From assembly GCF_001194135.2 (NCBI RefSeq), contig NC_068998.1, positions 51,220,609 through 51,284,608 of the forward strand: DNA of 64,000 bases. The letters run 5' to 3'. The translations under genes were made by a program, and so were the position numbers. The notes under the pieces are model-generated. The model had not been told where the DNA came from. It saw nothing but the letters and a program-made list of their open reading frames with translations, and ran no database searches. The first letter of the stretch is position 1, and every line of letters starts with the position of its first letter. The stretch is from Octopus bimaculoides (lineage: Eukaryota). Below, one piece after another: positions 14,182 through 26,699 of this stretch.

Positions 14182-14197
14182 TGGGGGAGTATCTGTA

Positions 14198-14398
14198 TCT
14201 GTGTTTGTCCCCCCCAGTACCAACGTCGGTGCGTTTACGCCTGCGTAACTTAGCGGTTCAGCAAAAGAGACCAATAGCATAAGTACCAGGATTAGAAAAA
14301 ACTAAGTAATATGGTCGTGTCATTCCACTTTAAATTCCTGAAGGCGGTGCCCCACGATGGCCACAATCTGATGATTGAAACCAGTCAAAAAGATAGAA
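14198..14398 (+). mobile_element. SINE family C, 3' half
   Basis: gtgtttgtcccccc...cgtaacttagcggttcagcaaaagagacc...aaggcggtgcccc...atggcc matches the other family C copies. Confidence 0.8.
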
Positions 14399-14463
14399 AC
14401 TTGCCATGGATGCCAGCCTTTCTTCATTGTGAAGGACCCCTCTCTCTCTCTCTCTCTCTTTCT

Positions 14464-14494
<31 letters not shown>

Positions 14495-14649
14495 CAAACA
14501 TACATCCACAGCTTATCCGAATCCACCTCCAGAGATTGGGACCGCAAATAATTCATTCATTGGAGAGTCATATACGAATCTAAGTACTCCTCCTACTTGT
14601 AGTATAGAGCTGCTGTTACCTCTAGAAGTATCCCAAACTGTTATACAAT

Positions 14650-14970
14650 GGACGACCAGCCGACTAATTGATATGAAGCCACTTACAAACACACTCCATC
14701 CTCTGATCCACAACCGTACAGTCTCCTCTTTTTGCCGACCGCTTCTAAGATAGCCGCTGATCCTCATAGCTGCCTGGTCCCTTTCCATCTCCATTCAAGC
14801 GTTTCTGGCTCACTTCGGCATCTCTTCCTTTGACCCATACCGACATTGACCCCTGTCCTTATTCCTACTTTCCGAGAATGTTGACCTTCGAGCGCTCTGT
14901 CCCTGCAAGTCTTTTTTCCGACAGTCGTCGACACACAACTATTAAAAACTTACAGTAACCGTCTTAATCT
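14650..14970 (+). mobile_element. Decayed 3' end of a CR1/L2-group non-LTR retrotransposon ORF2
   Basis: Translates to RLIDMKPLTNTLHPLIHNRTVSSFC and SYFPRMLTFERSVPASLFSD, similar to the C-terminus of the 18102 LINE fragment. Confidence 0.6.
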
Positions 14971-15615
14971 GCTTGGTTTCGGGTAACCTAAGAAATCTAT
15001 GGAAGCAGAGAATTAAATTAACAAATCAAACCATAAGTATCATGACAATCCAGCTACGACTGTTCCGTCTTTGTGTGACTTGAGCGAGGTTTTAATGTTA
15101 TTTGAATGTTTCGAAGGAAACGAACAACTTCCTCCACATTAGCTCGGTTTCGTCGGCGTTTAATCAGTGGGAAGTAGTACGAATTGTCAAGATGCTCGCT
15201 GTTCACAGGAGAAAAGCAATAAATGAGAATATACACATAAACAAAAGAAGAACGCAGACAGTCTGTAACAATTATATTTCCCTGTTTACTTTAAAAAAAC
15301 ACCTTCTCATAACTCATATTAAAACCATAAATTGTTTTCAGGAATTACTAGATAGACACAAGCGACAAATTGGAATTTATTTAGCAGAAGATTCTCATCC
15401 AATTAAAACCGTAGATTCCTTCTGTTCGAAGACATGACGTGAGCAATATTACCGCTTGAATAAATCAGCTCGAATAGTTTCTACACGGACAACATAATTA
15501 AAAATCTTTGAATGAATCGTCTTCTATACATAATTGCTTTCCAAAAAAAAAATATATATATATATATATTCTCCGCTTTTTCTATTAACTTTTATTATTA
15601 TTACTTGATACTAAA

Positions 15616-15865
15616 GGCGGCGAGCTTGTAAACTCGGTAGATAGTTGGAAAAAATGCTTTTCTGTATTCCATTCTCCTCTTTACATGCTGAGGTCAAGTT
15701 TGAATTTCCTGTTTCTGAAGTCGATAAAACAAAATATCGGTCAAGTATTGTTATCGATGGTATCGACTGTATCCCTACCCTAAAAACCGTAGGGCACGAG
15801 GATAAATCAGAAATAGTTACGGACGCTGAGCTGGCAGAATCGCGAGTAGGTCGGAAAAAATACTA
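15616..15865 (+). mobile_element. SINE family B, degenerate copy plus a second head fragment
   Basis: ggcggcgagcttgtaaactcgg...gtcgataaaacaaaatatcggtc, followed by ggacgctgagctggcagaatcg at 15821. Confidence 0.7.
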
Positions 15866-15889
15866 CTAAACATTTGTTGTGGCTCCTCC

Positions 15890-16005
<116 letters not shown>

Positions 16006-16015
16006 TAAAAAAAAA

Positions 16016-16242
16016 GCGGTAAGTTGGCAGAATGGTTAGCATGCTCGGCGAAATGCTTAGCGGTATTTCGCTTGTCGGTATGTTCTGTGTTCAAATTCCG
16101 CCGAGATCGATTTTACCTTTCTTTCTTTCGTAGTCGATAAAATAAGTACCAGTAGAACACTGGGGTTGATGTAATAGACTAGTCCTCTCATCCCTAATCT
16201 ATGGCATTGTGCCTTTAGTAGGAAGGATTATTATTATTATTT
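16016..16242 (+). mobile_element. SINE family B
   Basis: tRNA-like head ttggcagaatggttagc...gttcaaattcc, body cctttc...gtcgataaaataagtaccag, and an (ATT)n tail. Confidence 0.85.
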
Positions 16243-16245
16243 TAA

Positions 16246-16483
16246 GGCGGCGAGCTGGTAGAATCTTTAGCACGCAGTGCAGAATGCTTAGCGATATTTT
16301 GTCCATCTTTACGTTCTGAGTTCAAATTCTGCCGAGGTCGACTTTGCCTTTCATCGTTTCAGGGTATATAAATTAAGTACTAATTGAGTACTGGGGTCGA
16401 TGTAATTGACTATCCCTCTCTCCCTAAATTTAGAGCTTGTGGCTACAATAGAAAGGATCATTATTATTATTATTATTATTATT
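16246..16483 (+). mobile_element. SINE family B
   Basis: ggcggcgagctggtagaatc...gaggtcgactttgcctttcatc...ctggggtcgatgtaattgact with an (ATT)n tail. Confidence 0.9.
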
Positions 16484-17366
16484 AGTAGTAGTAGTAGTAG
16501 TAATAGTTGTAGCAGTAGGGAGGTTAATTACTCAAAGATGCCATCAGCATAAAAAAAGCACAACTTCTAGTTAAGTTACTTGTTAACATTTAATGCAACA
16601 AGCATACAAAACAAAACCCCGAAAAATCTAATTAGGAGTTCTTCTTCTTCTTCAAGAATGGTGAACTCTATACCATGATGTTTCAATACGTATGAACAAA
16701 AAGTTTAGAACACTAATTCACCTGTAGTTTATCCGTGGAAAAAAGAAAAAAAAAGAAGGCAAAACTGACAATAAAAAAAACTAGTTGATTTCCATCAGGA
16801 ACCAAGCCTATAAAAAGATATTCCTTTCGGCAATGAATCAATAACACTTCACCTAACCTTATTAAAATACTTCCCCGATTCATGAAGAATGTGTTCAATG
16901 AATTTCGGAAGAGAAACATAAACACAAACGTTATTGAAATAATGAAATTTGCCGACGGAACATATTGCATTTATCCTATAATTGAATTGTTCACGTGTGT
17001 GCATGTATGTATGTATGTATATGTTGCTATGCATGTGTGTATGCTTGTATGTAAGAATGTATGTTTGTATGCATACGTACATGTATGTATATATATATAT
17101 ATATATATATANNNNNNNNNNNNNNNNNNNNNNNNNNNNNNNNNNNNNNNNNNNNNNNNNNNNNNNNNNNNNNNNNNNNNNNNNNNNNNNNNNNNNNNNN
17201 NNNNNNNNNNNNNNNNNNNNNNNTCCAAAAAGGGATACATCAGTCTATTAGGTCTATTAGATGTTTTTGATGCGTTATATAGTCAGAAGGAATTCAACTG
17301 TAAATCAGTCTCATTTCAGATTAATTTAATCATAACATTTTGTAGGGACGTTGTCAACACAATTTC

Positions 17367-17397
<31 letters not shown>

Positions 17398-17464
17398 TTT
17401 GAGATAATTATTCTTTTCTTTTATATCTGAAATTAACAAAACAGTAAACAACATCCGAAATTTA

Positions 17465-17823
17465 TGGAAGCAGAAATCTAACTGGAAGTGAAATACGAGA
17501 AATATTTCACGAAAGCCATCAGTATTATTGATATTATTATTTTATCTTATTTGTTTTCTTTTAACGAAAGGGCTGCTAGGGCTGCGATGTGTAAGGCCCT
17601 TCTTTGGCCCCTTCACATATAGCAATTGTGAAAGACAGAGCTTGGATAAAACAGTGAGTGAAAAAGAAGCAGAGAGGGCCACTTTGATTGGAAGCAGAAA
17701 TCTAACTGGAAGTGAAATACGAGAAATATTTCACGAAAGCCATCAGTATTATTGATATTATTATTTTATCTTATTTGTTTTCTTTTAACGAAAGGGCTGC
17801 TAGGGCTGCGATGTGTAAGGCCC
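17465..17823 (+). repeat. Exact 135-bp direct repeat flanking an 89-bp spacer
   Basis: 17465-17599 is identical by eye to 17689-17823. Confidence 0.9.
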
Positions 17824-18101
17824 AGTAATTGACTGCTAGTATTTTTGTTTACACAGAAAGGATGAAAAGAGATCGATATAAGAAAAATAAAAAAATAATA
17901 GTAAAAATACTCTGATACATCTCCCCTCCTTTATAGTACTCGCGTCTTTGTGGTCCCTCTGGGTCAGGGTTTGCAAATACCCAGTGATTATCTGTGTGTT
18001 TGTTCATAACTATGCTGGTTACTCTGCCAGAGACAAAGATACGATCTATGCTACTGCCATGTTATACTACAAAGGAACTATAACGTGCCTTTCTCTTTTT
18101 T

Positions 18102-18780
18102 ATTACGTTCAATCCACCGAAAACTAAACTACTTTCAGTTAATCGCTTCAGACATCCTTTCTTGCCATCTGTTTCGATGGATGGTATTGATTTACCTGAG
18201 AGTCGTTCTTTTCGTCTCCTAGGTGTGACTTTCTGTAATGATTTTTCTTAAAGGACTTACATTGAATCTATTGCCAAATCGGCTGCATTGAAGGTACTCT
18301 CACTCCTTCGTTCGAGGAATCATCTCATTCGCCCCTGCATTGAGTACTGCTATGATATATGGGCTGGTGCTCCTGCGGATTGTTTAACTCTGTTGGACCG
18401 CATCCAACGCCGTATTTGTAATGCTATTGGTCCTGATCTATCTTCTAAATTGGATTCACACTCCCATCGTTGTCGTGTGGCTTGAGCTCTCTTCTCCGGT
18501 TCCTTCTTTAAGAACGTATCAGCGATCAACTAGACGTGCATCCAGTTCTCATCAGTATACTCTGTGCAACCTCCAAAGTGTCGCAAAGCACTTTACAGAA
18601 CCAGTTTCTTCCCTCGCACCTCTGAACTTTGGAATTCCCTTCCACAGACTTGTTTTCCTCTTCAACATGACCTCCACTCTTTTAAGTCTAATGTACATCG
18701 TCACATTTGACTTCTATCTAGCGTAGCTCTTACATTTTTCAGTGGTTTAAGGACCTTGTAACGAACGAATGCTTTAAACC
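18102..18780 (+). mobile_element. 5'-truncated, decayed CR1/L2-group LINE (ORF2 C-terminus after the RT domain, plus 3' UTR)
   Basis: Frames give ITFNPPKTKLLSVNRF...RLLGVTF...YIESIAKSAALKV, IRPCIEYCYDIWAGAP...LLDRIQRR and RTSFFPRTSELWNSLPQTCFP...SFKSNVHRHI*, with stops and frameshifts. Confidence 0.85.
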
Positions 18781-19868
18781 AAAATTATGACTTTAAGGTA
18801 TCATTCGATGTAGATTTGACTGTGATTTTCAGCAGCTCGTACAACCATTTAAATACTCCTTCTTTAGGAATAAATTGTAGCAGCTCTGCAATGAAAATAT
18901 CACATTCGCAGTATTACAACGAAGGAATCTAATAAACACTTCTCTTTCCAGTTGCAAATTCACTTAATAATACTAAACTAGCTATATACCGATATTATAC
19001 AAGTCAATAATGGATGCCGCGTATAACAGGTTGATCTGCTGGAAATAGGAATCAAAATTTCCTGTAAATTACACTCAACAGTTTATAGAAAAGACAGTAA
19101 ACATTAGCCAACTTACACTTTGGTCTCGGAAAAATCATTAATTGCCTATGGGTACGAGACTCCATCTTGGGAGTTCATGAGTTTTGAGGAGTATGCGAGT
19201 AGCTAAGGCATACAGGCCATCGAGGAATGTGCATACGGCCTGATGTGCCAGTTGTCCACTTGCAAATGGATTAGAAATAGATGCAGTGCCTCAATGTTGA
19301 TCTCAGTGATGGGTCTAAGAGATTAAACTGTAAATAGATTGACAAAAGCAATAGGAAAGCACTTACGTATATCTTACAAGATTTAAGATTCTTCAAACTG
19401 TGGTATAGTGCTTAATGATTTCTGACGCCAGCAAAATACGGCAGACATATGAAGAGAACAAAGACGCCTGATGCCCTGGAATGATCACGGAGGAAATATA
19501 TTCGATCATGGTTCTGTTTGATCAGGGAAGGCCTGGAGTTAAACAATAGCAGGACGATAGATTGTTGATAACGCTTTAACTATTTCTAGCCAATTAATCA
19601 AAGCATTTATTAGGTGTAAAGTTTCTGATGCTCTATTTTTAACTTGGAGGGTCTCGTACTAAAAGAATACTGGAAATTCATGGCAGAATGAATTATTCAA
19701 AATGCACAAACGAAGCTGAAAATCAAATTCTTTGATGCGTCACTTTAGAAATAATGGTAAGAATTAGAGCCAACATTATTGTAAAACATTACTATTGAGT
19801 AAGAAGAAAAAGGATTAAGTTTACTATAGGATAAGTAAGGAGTGTTTATTCATATGTATGTATGTATG

Positions 19869-19924
<56 letters not shown>

Positions 19925-19942
19925 CACATATATACACACACG

Positions 19943-19978
<36 letters not shown>

Positions 19979-20725
19979 TATATATATACACATATATATA
20001 TACACATACATATATATGCTTATATATATACACACATATACAGACACACATACATGTACATATATGAATATATACATGTACGTGAGTATGCATGCATGCG
20101 TGTATGTATGTCTGGATTCCTGTATGTATGAAAATGAAAAGATTTAAACAATTCTGGGATAAGGAGGAAAGAAACATTGATTGCTTAAGCTTGATTAGGA
20201 AACAAAAAAACTATGTCGATTGTATGAATGCAATAAATTATTACGATTTGAAAAGACATTAACATTCCTTTGAAAATGTCAACAAGAATCTGATAAATAT
20301 TTTGAGATATGTGTGCGCTTGTGGATATGTGTGTGCGCGTGTGGGTATTTATGTGTGTGTGTGTGTATGTGTGAAAGTATGAGTGTGTGCGTGTAGGCGC
20401 ATGCATGCGTGCGTGCGCGTGTTGTACATTGTATAAGCATTTTAAATTTCCTTTTATACAAAGTGCTTTGATATTGGTTTTAAATCTGCAGATTAAGTTA
20501 ATACAGACGGAATTTCACCACGGCGTGTCTCTTGCTGTTGCTCTTGTTGTTACTACTACTACTACTACTGCTGCTGCATAAAATTGTATACACACATGCA
20601 TATACAAAAACAATCTATGTATATACAACGAATTGCGAGAAAAACCTGTGTAAACCACCATTTGTCCCGGTTTGTCCATTTATGCGGGAGCTCTGGACAA
20701 AACGTTATAGTGCATAACCATCCTT

Positions 20726-20768
<43 letters not shown>

Positions 20769-21490
20769 TACAACATAATGTATTAAATATCTGCATGTAT
20801 ACGTGTTTGCGCGTGTGTGTATATATACTTATGTATGTATATTGCTTGTTCATAGTTACAATGGCGAGCGTTTCAGGAAAAAAGATTAAATATATTTATT
20901 CTTAACTATGTTTCAGTTTGATAAATCTGTTTCTGGTCTTTTGATTTTCTCAAAGCTAATGATGGAAATTAAGTGACAGAACTGAAGACGAAAATGGTTA
21001 GAAAGACAGAAGGCAGAAACGAAGGAAGAAAATGGAGTAGCGCGATATAAGAAATAAGGAGAAAATTGGTATAGAAATGATGACTATCGTAGTGAGTGGT
21101 TTTGGTATATTTGACCATGGGTGTAGTGACATACGTATTACGGTGATTAATGGACGGAAGCCATTATTTCAATTTGGCAAGATGGATTTCGAAGGTTGAT
21201 ATGGTCTGTGGTAGCATCAGTTGATTGCAACAATTGTAGGTTGGAGAAAATCATCGATGGTATTAATTATAAAGTTAATGTAGTGAATGGTTATAGGGAA
21301 ACTAGAATATAATTTTAATAAGTTATTAAGAACGAAATATTCTACTAATGAGTTCTGTAATTATAGTTATATGATAAATGAGGTACGAAGACAGTTAATT
21401 AATCATCTTCCTAAGGAATTCTGTCCCCTTTCTGAATATCCCTGAAGATTCTATAATTGCCTTCACTCATTATAAATGATAATCATTACA

Positions 21491-21861
21491 TGGCACTCCG
21501 TCGGTTACGACGACGAGGGTTCCAGTTGATCCAATCAACGGAACAGCCTGCTCGTGAAAGAAATTAACGTGCAAGTGGCTGAGCACTCCACAGACACGTG
21601 TACCCTTAACGTAGTTCTCGAGGAGATTCAGCGTGACACAGAGCGTGACAAGGCTGGTCCCTTTGAAATACAGGAAGACAGAGTGAGAGAAAGTTGTGGT
21701 GAAAGAGTACAGCAGGGTTCACCACCATCCTCTGCCGGAGCCTCGTGGAGCTTTAAGTGTTTTCGCTCAATAAACACTCACAAAACCCGGTCTGGGAATC
21801 GAAACCGCGATACTATGACCGTGAGTCCGCTGCCCTAACCACTGGTCTATTGCGCCTCCAC
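21491..21861 (-). mobile_element. tRNA-derived SINE family A, full length, with target-site duplication
   Basis: Reverse complement of 4307-4697. ATAAATGATA flanks it at 21472-21481 and 21862-21871. Confidence 0.9.
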
Positions 21862-22110
21862 ATAAATGATACTTACCCACTGATTATTAATAAGCGTAGT
21901 GACTTCTCGTTGCTATCACATCTCCCTTCTATCAAATTAGTTGCTCATTAAATAAAATATATATTTTTAATGACTACAGCCCTGAACTTACCTTGATATT
22001 TAGTGCCTAACATAACACAGACAGCTCGAAGTCGTTTTCACGAAGGGAAAATAGAAAAAACATTGCAGAATTTCCTCCACTTCTATACGTTTCTATTTTC
22101 AAAATACTTC

Positions 22111-22240
22111 CAAAGTCGACTTTGTTTTTCAACAAACTGTGGTCGATTATTCAGGCAACAATTCTGTACTGGAATCGATGTAATCAAGTACTCCTTGCTC
22201 AAAGATTCCAGGCCTTGTTTCTATAGTAGGAAGAATGATT
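22111..22240 (+). mobile_element. SINE family B, degenerate 3' fragment
   Basis: aagtcgactttg...ggtcgatta...tcgatgtaatc...atagtaggaagaatgatt. Confidence 0.5.
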
Positions 22241-24126
22241 AATGTTCAAGATAATCAATTAAAATTACGACTGTAGCAGCCAACACGAACTGCTAAAGAC
22301 CAGTTACTCATTGACATATCCATTATGATGACTTCGATCATTAATCATTCGCCAAGTTATACCTATAGCCACATATTCAAGATTTAATTTCAGTTGAGAC
22401 CAAACCCAAACCATCTTACTTCCACCTCCTACTTATTCGCCATTTATATTTTGCTCCTCCTCTTGTTTCTCTTAAAGTTGTGTCAGTAATGTCAGAGGAT
22501 TGTAGCAGGTATCGAGACATTGATGGAGGGTCCCTGAATCTTGGGCCGAAGAAAATACTGATAAAAATAGTCTAAATGAGACTAGATTTGACAAAACACA
22601 TTTGTCACATGAGAAATTACCAATGTATAACATATCGCTGATTTATCGTGTCCTCGTTTAAGTGACTTACCTGTTGTAAAATTAGCTCATTTATTTGTTT
22701 CATCAAAGGTAAAAAAACACCAGTGTATATGATCATTAAAGCGTACCAATATTAATAATTAATTGGTTTGAATCTTGCATCTCTACATACCTAAATTAGA
22801 AACTGTACGATTTAGGGCCATTCTCCATCCAGTAATCTGCATAATAAAATTGTAATAAACCGTAATGTTCAATGGATCTTCAGAGTGGCAATGCGCCAAT
22901 GATATTACTTCTGCGTAATAGCCGCAGATATATTTTTCTGGAATGAAATCAAATCTTTTATAGTTCGTCTACCATACAAGATAAGATATTCATTAAATAT
23001 TTATTAGGATGTTTTGAATGATGTTATGCAGTTAATGCAGAGAGAGAAAGAGAGAGAGAGGGGGGAGGAATACAACAACAACGATGATGATGATAATAAA
23101 GTAACATGAAATAGAATGTGAAAAAAAAAAATGGTCAAACCATGTTTTCCATTCTTTGTTATTATTCAACTTTAGACGCACAAACTCAAAGATAAAATGA
23201 TCGATCGTACACTATATATTCTAAATTGCCATTCAGATCATATGTCAATGTAAATTAGTCCGCGATAAAAACATATTGATGGTGTGGGTCTCGGAATCCA
23301 TTATAGTTTGCATATAAAAGCGGATGCACCAGACGATACATACATTTCCATGTTTTGTGAAGGAATGAATATTTAAGTTCCAGAGCAAAAGATATTGACG
23401 AAATTAAATGTATTTATCCAAACACATTTGACAGTTTCATTGATCGAGTAGGAAAAGGATAGCATTTGATCTTTCATGCAACTTGATAGAGTACAATAAA
23501 TTTGGACAGCCATATTTCTACCCCATCTCTACACCGCACTCATCACACATTCAAATTCTCTCTAAATCTGTCTATGCAGACGACATGTTTATCAGGTATA
23601 NNNNNNNNNNNNNNNNNNNNNNNNNNNNNNNNNNNNNNNNNNNNNNNNNNNNNNNNNNNNNNNNNNNNNNNNNNNNNNNNNNNNNNNNNNAATATACATA
23701 TATATGTGTGTGTGCGTGTGTTTCTAAGACTATATATGGTAATAGATATATGAATATATATACATGTTTGTTTTTATCATTCATACATACATACATACAT
23801 ATGTATATATAATATATATATCATAAAAACAAACACACACACCCACACACACATGCATACAGATAGATAGATATGGATATATATACATATATACACGTAA
23901 TCCTACATCAATGTACAGGTCTCATTACTGAATGTTGCTGGTCACAAAATTCTTCTTTTTGTTGTTGCATTTGAATGAAATAACCTTTTGTGTTGGGCGG
24001 GCAGGTTAACATACACACATACGAATATATATGTATGTATATATATATAAATTTATCAAGAAATTAGCATTTTCTTAATGTTAAATAAAATTTCATCGAA
24101 TTACTTGTCATTTGTGAATTTACACA

Positions 24127-24158
<32 letters not shown>

Positions 24159-24199
24159 CACATATAATTACACATACATACGTAGAGTGAAAAAGTATA

Positions 24200-25000
24200 A
24201 AAAGGAAATGTTTACAGAAATTTACCATGGGAAACAGATAGACAATATTTACATTTATAATTAAGTAGCTACAGGTTTCGGCCGTGTTATGATGTCCTCT
24301 TCATACTAGAATAAAACAAAAAGAAAGAATAATTGAAATGAAATACTAGTTCTGGAAATTCACGTATTTTCTTTACAAAGATCATATGGTTCTGCATTAG
24401 GTTTCCATCTGATTGTGGCTACATGGTGGCGACGTCTGGTTAATAAAAGTGGTAACAAGAAGGTTGCTGGTGGTGGTAGTAGAAACAGCTGTAGTAGCAG
24501 TAACTGTTAGGATGTTTGCGGCATACAGCAGTATTTCATTTAGCTAATAGCAATGGTATTGGCTTATAAAGCTGTTGTCCAAGCAGTAGTCGTGATAGTG
24601 GCACCAGTACGGGTTGCATTGTTGCAGGTGTCTGTTGCTGTTTACTTTTCTTCGACACAGGATTTTAAACGAGTCTGGCATTTGGTAATGATGAATATTT
24701 CATTGTTAATACGTTGGCATGGAGTTGTATTTCTACCATCTTTATACTGAGAAAAGTTTAGTTGATTCTGAAGTACACGTGCGTGTTTAGATACACTCAG
24801 TCCTATTTCCTTCTATTCTCGTATTTTACTTGTAGATCCAAGCTGGGTCTTTCGTTGAAGTAAAGCGTCTTTTGTTTCTCCAATGTAATTCTACATTCGT
24901 CTTGCGCATTTTACTTCTAAGATTAGATTTCCAGAGACACAAGTGAAGTTATTTTTATTGCGAGGAGTTATAATGTTTGTAACGGTCGACTGATCGGTAG
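24200..25000 (-). mobile_element. Decayed Penelope-like element: GIY-YIG endonuclease C-terminus plus 3' region
   Basis: The minus frame over about 24660-24985 reads NKNNFTCVSGNLILEVKCARRM*NYIGETKDALLQR...VSKH...QRINNEIFIITKCQTRLK. This is the FTC..NLI(Y)...C...YIGET pattern of the PLE GIY-YIG domain, with in-frame stops. A hammerhead-like motif lies downstream. Confidence 0.75.
24266..24308 (-). ncRNA. Degenerate minimal (type I) hammerhead ribozyme motif of a Penelope-like element
   Basis: The minus strand reads TAGT-ATGAAGA-GGAC-ATCATAACAC-GGCC-GAA-ACCTGT-A-GCTA. C3 is replaced by A, stem II has one mismatch, and helix III is near-palindromic. Confidence 0.55.
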
Positions 25001-25142
25001 CTGCCTAGTAAAAAATATACATATTGCTTTTCTGTTTTCCATAATAAAGTTATCTAAGCATTTTCAATATATATTTATTAGAGTAAGACATACATATATA
25101 TGCATATATAAATATATAGATAGATACATATATAAATGTGTA

Positions 25143-25200
<58 letters not shown>

Positions 25201-25561
25201 CTTATCTGTATGTATGTAGCTTTATCTATTGATTACTATCCTCGTTTATTCCAGAAAATATACACTCATTATACATACACATATATACATATACATACAT
25301 GTGTGTCTGCGCGTGTGTGTGGCTATAAATATGTTTCATACATTTCCTCGTTTTATGAGATATTTTATTATCCATATACGACTAAACATATTTTGCTCTC
25401 TATCATAAGACTCCAGACCAACTAGAGTTGCAAACTTTTTTATAACATTTACAGCATGCTTAAACTATCCTTTTTTTTTCCTTTTGTAAACTTAACATGT
25501 TCCTTTAGAATATGGCAAGAAAATTTTTATTAATATCTGCCTATTTACCTATCTGCTTTTA

Positions 25562-25602
<41 letters not shown>

Positions 25603-26699
25603 CACTGTCTCTCTTGTTCTGTGTATATACATGTGTGTGTATCTATTTATCTATCTATGTGTCTATCTATCTATCTATCTCTCATTCTCCCTCTCTTTCT
25701 CTCTCTTACTATATATATATATCAACTAAACTTTTCTCAGTATAAAGATGGTACACTGTATGTGCATGTGTGTAATTGCGAGTGAGCGTGATCGTGTTTT
25801 CGTGCACAAGAGTGTTTATCCTACAGCGCGTTCGTATAGAAATATGTATATCTGTGCTAGTGTGTCTGTGTGCGCGCGTTTGTGTGTGCGCGCGTGTGTG
25901 TGTATGTTAATTTAACTTTAATCGGAAGCGTCTAATTGTTGTTATTAGTTTCACGTTTTCATATCTTTTTGAAACTAATATTTAGAGTTCGTAATTCAAA
26001 GACTAATCAACGTATCTCCAAATCATCAAATCTTTTATCTTTCAGAATGAATTACTGCATCTATAACAGCAGCATAATTAGGTGGTAGGCATCCGAAACG
26101 CATGACCCTTTTTAAGGGAAGGTATAAATTTAGATAGACTCCGCTAAATGGTCTAAGCCATGATCAATAAATGAAGTCAACAAACCAGCGAGGGAGCATT
26201 TTAACGTTCCTGTATCTACAACGAATAGCAGTAAAAATTCGTCCAAATCATATATGACAGCTTAAACAAGAAACGACACGTTAAATAATCTATTATTCGT
26301 TGACACTTTGAAAGAGATACCTAACACTTAAAGTTGATTTGGATGCTAAACTACAGCAACTTCACATAATAACAATGTATTCAATGACGATAGAATTCGT
26401 AGAGGCAAATATATAAGCCTTTATATATTTCATTCTGAAGAAGTAAAAAATGTCGGAAGCGTCAGATTTTTCTGCTTTTATGAAAAATCAATTCAATGTA
26501 ACTTGCTCATCAGCGAAGTTTTAGGATAATAGTTACTGACACAGGCCACAGCTGCTATCTTTGCATCTCGGATCGCGTTTAATCCATCTATGTTACATGA
26601 TAGAACATTATTACGAAATAGTTACTATTCCTTCATTATGGAATTATTATTTTCTTTCTTTTAGTTAAGTGAGGTACTCCATTTTATGAGGGTAGATGG

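Noticed and set aside
19207-19250. Hairpin ggcatacaggcc...ggcctgatgtgcc
   Set aside because: The stem is about 12 bp with a large loop, too short for a pre-miRNA.
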